A stretch of 64,000 nucleotides of DNA from Terriglobia bacterium (GTDB taxonomy: Bacteria > Acidobacteriota > Terriglobia > 20CM-2-55-15): NCBI GenBank assembly GCA_965218585.1, contig CBDCLE010000001.1, positions 64,001 to 128,000 on the forward strand, written 5' to 3'. A program made the position numbers and the translations under genes. The notes below the pieces were generated by a model. The model was given only the letters and a program-made list of their open reading frames with translations. It did not search any database and was not told where the DNA came from. This document shows, one piece after another, positions 54,484-64,000 of the stretch. Each line of letters opens with the position of its first letter. The first letter of the stretch is position 1.

Positions 54484-54713
54484 GTCTTCAGACTCCATCT
54501 GATAGCGCCCGACGACAGCCAGAGTCGAGTTGTCAGTTACGCACTCTGTTGAAGCGCACCCGATAATAGCTTTTCTTTTGCCAAGGTCCAGCCAGCCGCT
54601 TCTCTACGACTGTAGTGTTTAGCCTTCGCTAAGCTGGTTGGCCAAATCCAAGTCCCGGCGAGATAACCCCATCCCCTGCAGACAGCTGGAAGGTGGCTGG
54701 GCAACTCTCATGG

Positions 54714-57342
54714 TCATCCTAACCGAACCACCGTTGCCTCACCGACGTTGTTGTACCGGTCTGGCACACAAGTGAGGACGATAATTTGGCATTCTTTCCC
54801 CGCCTTGGCGAGAACTGCTCCCATCAGTTTAAGCCGTTCGGGGTCTGTATATCCCAGAGCATCATCTAAGATGAGGGGAGCCCCACCGCCCTTTGAGACC
54901 GTCATCGCACATGCCAGATGAGATATCAGAGAAAGTTGTTCTTTGGTGCCCGCTCAGGGATTCAAAAGGGACATTGGAGCCATCCATCGCCCGACTGGCA
55001 ATCGACAGGTCCTCAGTTATTTCAACCTCAAAAGAATTGTTGAACACCAAACGTCCAAGCCTCTCGATTTTCTCTTTGAGGGGAGCGACATAGGTACGAC
55101 GCGCCTTGTCACGTTCCTCGCTTATGGTTACATACAACAGCTGGGCTGCTTGGGCCCTTCGGATCATCGCTGCGGTGTCTTGCGTTGTGTGAGCAAGATG
55201 ACTCTGGGCTGCATATAGCTTCTCATGCAAACCCTCTTCTCCGAAGATCTTGAGCCGCATCCGGACTTCTGTATCTTCTTCCTGCGCAGCCGCACGCTTT
55301 TTCTGTGCCGTTTCCAAAGAACCACTCGCCGTTTCCGCCAGAGCCCTTATTCGATCAGGTTCTTTGTCGCTGAGGTCTGCTTCAGCACTCTTTACCTTCG
55401 CCTCTTCTGTATGGACAAGCTTCGCGAATTTAGAATGCTCCGCTTCAAGGTCGTCATCGGCGGTGATCTTTCGGGACCGAGCAAGTTTGTCCTCAGCGTG
55501 GTTTAGTTCTTCAACCTTGAGGTCAAGTTTCACCCTCACCTGCTGGTGTCGCGCCCTCAGTCCATCACGCACCTTGCGGGCCGCATCCAGTTCCGTTCTG
55601 GCTTCTTCCCATACGTTATTGGTCTTTTCAAGATCGCCCTCAGCGTTTCGGAGTTTCTTCTTCGCGGCTTCCAGCGTTGCAGGAAGCTCGGGCTCCCGTA
55701 TTCGGGCCGCTGGATAAGCAGGGACACTTTTTCCTAGCCCTATGATTTTTCTTTTCAATTCCTCATAGGTCAGGTCGCGAAGATTCTCATTCTCGATATT
55801 CTTTTGTCTTGCTATCGACTTCAGCGCTTCCCCGCGCGCGTCATAGGATTGTCTTGCCTCATCCGCATTACTCACTCCGGCAACATTGCATAGGGCATCG
55901 AGCTTCTCAATTGCCTCTTCGACCTTTCTCGACAGATCAGAGGAGCTGGATCCGGTTGTCATTTCCATTTCTAAAGACCCGGGAATTGTCACACGGACCC
56001 GATCAGAGACAGACAGGCTGCGCTCCTCATGCTCTGAGATAGTGGTGTGCTCACCATCAAGCTGGAAATCGAAGTCGGCCAGCCCTCTCAGCAAACAGTC
56101 GGTGCACCAGTATCCAGCTTCGCCTGAGCTGTAATGAGCGAGCGTTCGGCTTTCTGGATTGTTTTCAGAGTATCTTCGTTTATGCTGTTTCCCGCCAACA
56201 ACTCATCAGCCGAGGCGCCTCTTCCCGAGCACGATCTATGCGGTCTTTGCGTTCCTTCATTTGCTCCAGGTGAAGCTTGTTGTTGAAGTAATCCGAATCC
56301 GCACGGTGGAGATTAAGAAGCGATTCGGCCTCTTTGCGCCCGGCTTCAGCTTTGGTCGCGTCCGATTGGGTCTCCTCCAGTTCGCTCTCCGCATTCTTGA
56401 CCGAGGCGGTTGATGATGTGCTGGATTCGTCGAGTTCCGCATGTGCTTTTCTAGTTTTGGATACCGCATCGATGAGGTCTTGGCGCACTTCCATGTCTCG
56501 TTTCGAGGCATTTCCGGATTTCTGTACCGACTCCAACTTAAGGCGGGCTGTTTCCAGAGCGGTCTCCAGCGCCATGATTTCACCGAGAGCCTTTGCGTGT
56601 CTAGAAACATCCCCCCGGAGATCCTCCTCTTGAATCTTCAAACTCTCCAATTCCCGACCGAGCTCCGCGGCGCGCACGATATCTTCCTCAAGGTTCCGAA
56701 TTTGCCTTTCCAGTGAAGCAACTTCAGTCTCTGCTTTGTCCCGAGCTTCTTGAGCGTCCTGCAATTCCTTTCTTTCGCCGCCCCGCTCCGTGAAATAGCG
56801 CCCATACTGCTTCCGCACCATATCGAAGAGACTTTCCTCCCGGGGATCCGCCTGGTGCCCTCCCGCAGCAGTATCGAGAGCAACTGACAATGATGTCTGG
56901 CTTGATAAGTCGGCCTGTCGGACTGCTTCACCTTGCTGAATGCAAAGTGCTTTCCACAAGTCGATGTCAATGGTTTCGCGCAAGATTTCTTCGGCGCGTT
57001 CATGAGCTTCACGTCCCGTATGGTTTTCTGGTGTGGGAGTTGTGATCGTAAAGGTCGTCTCTGGCTTCTTGTGAAACCTTTTGAAGTATGTGAAGACGTA
57101 GGGACCGCTCTCGGCCTCCAGCTCGATCTCCGGACCTGCATCCCTCGTTACAGGCTTAATTGCTTTGATGTTACTGTGCTTGCTCGAGTCGAGATAGTCA
57201 AAGAGAAGTCTGATTGCTTCACTCAGACAGGTTTTCCCGACTTCATTGGGTCCTTCCACGATGGTGAGCCCCTGGGCGCCGAATCGCACCTCGGATTCAT
57301 CAATTCCTCGGTAGTCGGCCAGACGGAGGCGGAGAAGTCTCA

Positions 57343-57346
<4 letters not shown>
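54714..57346 (-). pseudogene. SbcC/Rad50-like (YhaN-type) coiled-coil ABC ATPase with several frameshifts
   Basis: GPNEVGKT Walker A; long coiled coil; SLSG signature; ILDDALG Walker B. Confidence 0.85.
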
Positions 57347-59790
<2,444 letters not shown>

Positions 59791-59839
59791 GGTGTATTTC
59801 CCATCGATGGATTCTCGTGTTTGGTCATTCCGCCAGTCA

Positions 59840-60135
59840 CTAAGTCTTTTTGCTGGACTGATCTGACTGTGGAGTGAGGCCAAGATTGTTGTGCACGGTC
59901 ATCAGACGGGCGATGGTGAAGCTGTCAAGCTGCAGGTTGCGAATGCGGGTAACGTCCGCATGGCTGAGGCCGATGCGGCCCTCGGCCTGGCGCGTCGAAA
60001 GCCCTTCATCGTCAAGAATGCCGATAATGCGGGTGGCCAGAGTTGCCTTGGTCTGCTGTACGTCATTGGCAGCGCGGCCGAAGTCACGGAAGACATTGCT
60101 GCTGCCCCACACCAACTCAAAACCGTCGTCCCGGA
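59840..60135 (-). pseudogene. XRE/HigA-like HTH regulator (start lost)
   Basis: DDGFELVWGSSNVFRDFG...LSTRQA...ADVTRIRN. Confidence 0.7.
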
Positions 60136-60478
60136 ACGTCGGCGGATTTGGGAACGTGCTCTTCGGCCAATGTTCGTAATTTGATGTGGGCAGGCAGAGC
60201 GGCCCCCTCTCCCACGAACAGTGCTTCTTGCCTTGGTAGAGAAGAAAGCAAAGAGGTCATCGCGCCGAGGCTGTCAGGCAACATTTTGGCGACGTGGCTT
60301 TGATCGGACGAATTGGTAAGACGGAGCACAAGCCACGTGTTGCACTGGGACAGAACCGTCTCTTCAACGTCGGAAGGACGTTGCGATACGAGCATAAGGC
60401 CCAGCCCGTACTTTCTTCCCTCGCGTGCCAGCCGCCGTATGGCGGTTTGGGCCGCGGCGTACTGCGCTTCACCTCGAT
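60136..60478 (-). pseudogene. HerA/FtsK-family ATPase C-terminal fragment
   Basis: IRRLAREGRKYGLGLMLVSQRPS...SQCNT...RLTN..DQ. Confidence 0.85.
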
Positions 60479-61566
60479 TGGGGAGCCGGTTCGATTTCTT
60501 GCTTGTCGTTGGCGTGCGGGGTGACGGTTTCGGTGACCACCAGTAGGGTCTCGGTATCCACTCCGGCCTGCACATTGTAGGCTTGCTGGAAACTGCCTCC
60601 GCCCGCCGGCATGATGCGCGATTCCTCATCGGTCAGATTGATCTGATCGTTTGGGCGCACGCCCGGCTCGGGCGGTTCCGGTGGCTTCCCTCCCGGCCGT
60701 TTCCCCGTCTCTTTGGCCCGCGTCTCGCGTTTGGCCATCTTGGCCGCGTGCTCGGCCTGCTCGGCGGCATGCCGTTCCTCGGCCCGCGCTTCCAGCTTCG
60801 CCTTGGCCTCGGCAATCGCTTCCATGCGGTCTTCCCGCCGCTTCAATTCCTCCGGGATGTCCATCCCCTCGGGCACGTCCGCGTCCGCCGCCGCCGCCAT
60901 CTCCATCAACCGCGCCACTTCCGCCTTCAGTTGCTGTTCCAGTTCCGTCGCATGACCCCAACTCAACGCACTGTGCTTCGACGCATTCGCCTGAACCTTG
61001 CCCCATCCAGGCTGATCTTCCCCAGATTCAGAAAACCCATCGTTCGCGCCAACCACAATATCTGGACGAACAACGGCTTCAGCTGTTTCAGAAACCGTTT
61101 CCGGAACGTCGCGATCGTGTCGTGATCCGGATGCGTGTTCGCGGCAATATACCGTAACGCCAGCGAATCGTAGGTCGCCTCCTCCAGCTTCCGGCTCGCA
61201 AACACTCCCGTCGCGTATCCGTAAAACAGCAACGCCAACAGCATCTCCGGATGGTAGGCCTTCGATCCTCTCCCCGCGTAGGGCATCTCCAACTCATGCA
61301 GGTCCAGCTTCGACGCCACCTCCACGACAAACCGCGCCAAATGCTGTTCCGGAAGCCAATCCTGCACCGACGGTGGCAGCAAGTACGCTGTGTCTCGATC
61401 CACAGCTCGGAATCGTTCGCTCATGCTCCGATTCTTCCCACCCTCAACGGTCAACTCAGGTCCGGAAAGTCCTTTGTTTTCAACGACGGCCCTTTTCAGC
61501 TCGAAACTGTAAACACAGTCATATGAATGACTTAGATTTTCGATTTGGTGTTAGTCCGACAGGCTG
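60479..61566 (-). mobile_element. IS1182 family element, 3'-truncated and frameshifted
   Basis: ATG 61424; LLPPSVQDWLP, YHPEMLL, PDHDTIATFR, NLTDEESRIM and QAYNVQA motifs; one end near CTAG 61567-61570. Confidence 0.85.
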
Positions 61567-61698
61567 CTAGGGTCTCGGTAGCCTGTCTTAATGTCGTCAC
61601 ACCGGATCCGTATTCATAAAGCGGGCCGTCCAGGCAGTTGAGCGGTCGCGGGTCCCCTTCGCTTAATGGCCGGCCGGGTTAGACTGGACCATCCCAGC

Positions 61699-64000
61699 AT
61701 GACTACCATAACCGCAACTACTCGACTCGCCCGCGAACTGCGGCAGGAATACGACCGGAAACAGGAGGCTATAGGCCTCTCCTCCTGGCCGACGCCCCAC
61801 ATCCTGCCATTGTCGGCCTGGCTGTCCGAGTTGTGGGCGAGCTGGTTGTATTCTGAGCCGACTGCGCTATCCCCGCGCCTGCTCCGGCCAGCAGAGGAAC
61901 TGTCTATCTGGCAAAGTATTGTTCGTTCAGGGGCTGAGAACTTGCTGCTGGAAGTGCCCGCAACTGCCGAAGCGGCCCTTGATGCCTGGAATCTTCTGTG
62001 TGCCTGGAACCTTCCGTTGGATGCCCCGGACTGGCGCGATTCTGCCGATTCCGAGACCTTCCACATGTGGGCTCAGGAGTTCCGTCGCCTGTGTCGCGAG
62101 AACGGCTGGTTGTGCGGCGCCGAGCTCCCGGCATTTGTTACAGATCTCATCGACGAGGGAGAAATACCAGTTCCTGAACACATTGAAATTGCGGGATTTC
62201 TCGAACCAACGTCTGTCCAGCAGCGATTCTTTGACTCACTGGTTCGGCGGGGTGCCGAAGTCCAGGAGCGCAAGCTCGCCGATTCCACGGGCAACGCCGT
62301 CCGCGTCGGTCTGATCGATGGCAACCGCGAAATCCGTGCTGCCGCCGAATGGGCGCGCCGCATTCTGGAAAGTGACCCGGCAGCGGCTGCCCCGGAGTTC
62401 CGGATCGGCGTCATCGTTCCCGATCTCGGTCGATGCCGCAGCCAAGTTGAGCGTGTTTTTGCCGAAGAATTCCATCCCCGCCGCCGCCTGCGGCCCGACC
62501 TGGACCCGCAGCGACTCTTCAACATCTCTCTCGGACTACCTCTCAGCGAATACCCGGTCATCGAGACGGCGTTTCTGGTCGTCGGAACTGACCCTAAGGA
62601 GATTCCAATCGAGATCGCGGGTCGATTTCTGCGATCCCCTTTCATTCATGGTGCTGAGGAGGAATTGACGAACCGGGCCCTCCTGGATGCGGATCTGCGC
62701 TCTTTGAGGGAGCCTGAAGTGTCGTTTGCAGACATCGTCGAGATGGCTGGCAGAGGCGATGTCTTGTATCCGTGTCCTATGCTCTCGTCACGACTCAGGT
62801 CGTGGTTAGAAGCGCGACAGAGTTTGCAGGCCTCGCAGATGCCCAGTGACTGGGCTCCTGCATTATCCCGGGTTCTGCAGGCGATCGGATGGCCCGGAGA
62901 CAGAGGCCTCAACAGCAGTGAGTACCAAACGCTGGAAGTGTGGAATGAGCTGCTCTCCGAACTGGCCGGCCTCGACAGCGTCACCGGACGTATCTCGCTG
63001 GACACCGCCGTCAGAATGCTGCGGCGCCTGGCTTCATCCAGGCAATTTCAGCCCGAGTCCGAGCCCGCGCCGGTCCAGATCCTGGGCGTGTTCGAATCCT
63101 CGGGCCTGCGGTTCGACCGGCTCTGGATTATGGGGATGCACGACAATGCGTGGCCGGCGGCGGCCGCTCCGGACCCCTTCCTGCCGTTTCGTCTGCAGCG
63201 CTGTTTCAACCTGCCTCGTTGCTCACCGGACCGGGAACTGGAGTTCACCCAGGTTCTCACTACACGGCTTCTGGCGAGCGCCCCCACCATCGTCGTGAGT
63301 TATCCCCAACGGGAAGACGATTCCGATTTAAGGGTCAGCCCGCTGTTTGGCGCGTTGCCTGAAGTTGCGGTTGGCGACCTAGGGGTCCTGGGCTCGGCCC
63401 GTTATGTCGAACAGCTTCACGGCTCGTCCCGGATGGAGACTCTGGAAGATCACAGTGGGCCTCCGTGCGGCGATGCCGCACTCAAAGGGGGAACCTCCCT
63501 GTTCAAGCTTCAGGCCGCATGTCCGTTCAAAGCGTTTGCCGAATTACGACTTGGAGCGAGAGCGCTGGATCAGCCGGAACCGGGATTGAGCGTGCTTGAC
63601 CGCGGTCAACTGATTCACCGCATTCTCAAGCGGGTCTGGCAGCAATTGGAATCCCACGAGGGATTGCTTTCGACTCCTGAAGACCGTCTGGAGGACATCG
63701 TGCGCACAACCGCCGGCGCGGAGATTCAAAGCCTGTCCGAACGTCGCCGCGCCCTCCGAAGGCCTCGATTTGCCGCTATAGAACAGGCGCGCCTCAAGCG
63801 TGTCATTGGGGATTGGTTGCTCCTTGAAAAGGAACGGCAGCCTTTCACGATGCTCGAACAGGAAGAAAGTCGGCGTGTGACAGTGGGTGGCATCGATTTG
63901 CGTATCCGCGCCGACCGCGTGGATCGTCTCGAAGATGGAAGACTGGTCATCCTGGACTACAAGACCGGTGAGTGCAGCCCATCCGATTGGGATGGACCCA
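61699..64000 (+). CDS. AddB/RexB-like PD-(D/E)XK nuclease DNA repair protein (runs off the window)
   Basis: Frame open to the window end (so missing from the ORF track); TTRLAREL, QAACPFKAFAELRL, RGQLIH and RADRVD...ILDYKTG motifs. Confidence 0.85.
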   Translation, partial: MTTITATTRLARELRQEYDRKQEAIGLSSWPTPHILPLSAWLSELWASWLYSEPTALSPRLLRPAEELSIWQSIVRSGAENLLLEVPATAEAALDAWNLLCAWNLPLDAPDWRDSADSETFHMWAQEFRRLCRENGWLCGAELPAFVTDLIDEGEIPVPEHIEIAGFLEPTSVQQRFFDSLVRRGAEVQERKLADSTGNAVRVGLIDGNREIRAAAEWARRILESDPAAAAPEFRIGVIVPDLGRCRSQVERVFAEEFHPRRRLRPDLDPQRLFNISLGLPLSEYPVIETAFLVVGTDPKEIPIEIAGRFLRSPFIHGAEEELTNRALLDADLRSLREPEVSFADIVEMAGRGDVLYPCPMLSSRLRSWLEARQSLQASQMPSDWAPALSRVLQAIGWPGDRGLNSSEYQTLEVWNELLSELAGLDSVTGRISLDTAVRMLRRLASSRQFQPESEPAPVQILGVFESSGLRFDRLWIMGMHDNAWPAAAAPDPFLPFRLQRCFNLPRCSPDRELEFTQVLTTRLLASAPTIVVSYPQREDDSDLRVSPLFGALPEVAVGDLGVLGSARYVEQLHGSSRMETLEDHSGPPCGDAALKGGTSLFKLQAACPFKAFAELRLGARALDQPEPGLSVLDRGQLIHRILKRVWQQLESHEGLLSTPEDRLEDIVRTTAGAEIQSLSERRRALRRPRFAAIEQARLKRVIGDWLLLEKERQPFTMLEQEESRRVTVGGIDLRIRADRVDRLEDGRLVILDYKTGECSPSDWDGP

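Noticed and set aside
60117-60629. Intact HerA-NurA-Mre11-Rad50 operon
   Set aside because: HerA is only a fragment, an XRE remnant intervenes and no NurA is visible

Overview
Bacterial chromosomal window, probably Acidobacteriota (inferred from the PadR plus duplicated-orphan-permease pair and the DUF1549/DUF1553-DUF1501 operon). Accessory metabolic and envelope genes fill about 1-47 kb. A heavily decayed mobile/defence patch occupies about 47.8-61.6 kb, and an AddB-like PD-(D/E)XK gene runs off the right edge. IS load is high: IS110, two IS256 types (3 copies), IS3 x2, IS1380, IS21, plus IS21, IS5, IS701 and IS1182 fragments. Most complete IS copies sit inside genes that can be rebuilt across their target duplications. 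Many single-base homopolymer frameshifts suggest long-read errors. Best leads: (1) a tight operon of an exported atypical kinase-fold protein, an exported PPP-type phosphatase and an NTT/TLC nucleotide transporter-HEAT protein, a candidate extracytoplasmic phosphorylation system with its own ATP supply; (2) an IS1111-type IS110 whose 3' non-coding end holds short matches to both halves of its target and both halves of its donor junction (bridge/seekRNA); (3) a dispersed sigma28-like module with a standalone FliG_N-like microprotein, an orphan FliD and an EAL protein; (4) a GGA-rich candidate CsrA-sponge sRNA; (5) a helical-repeat/beta-propeller/J-domain protein beside an SbcCD-like pair and SIR2 and HerA remnants. 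No rRNA, tRNA or CRISPR array was seen. All family calls come from motif recognition, not database searches.
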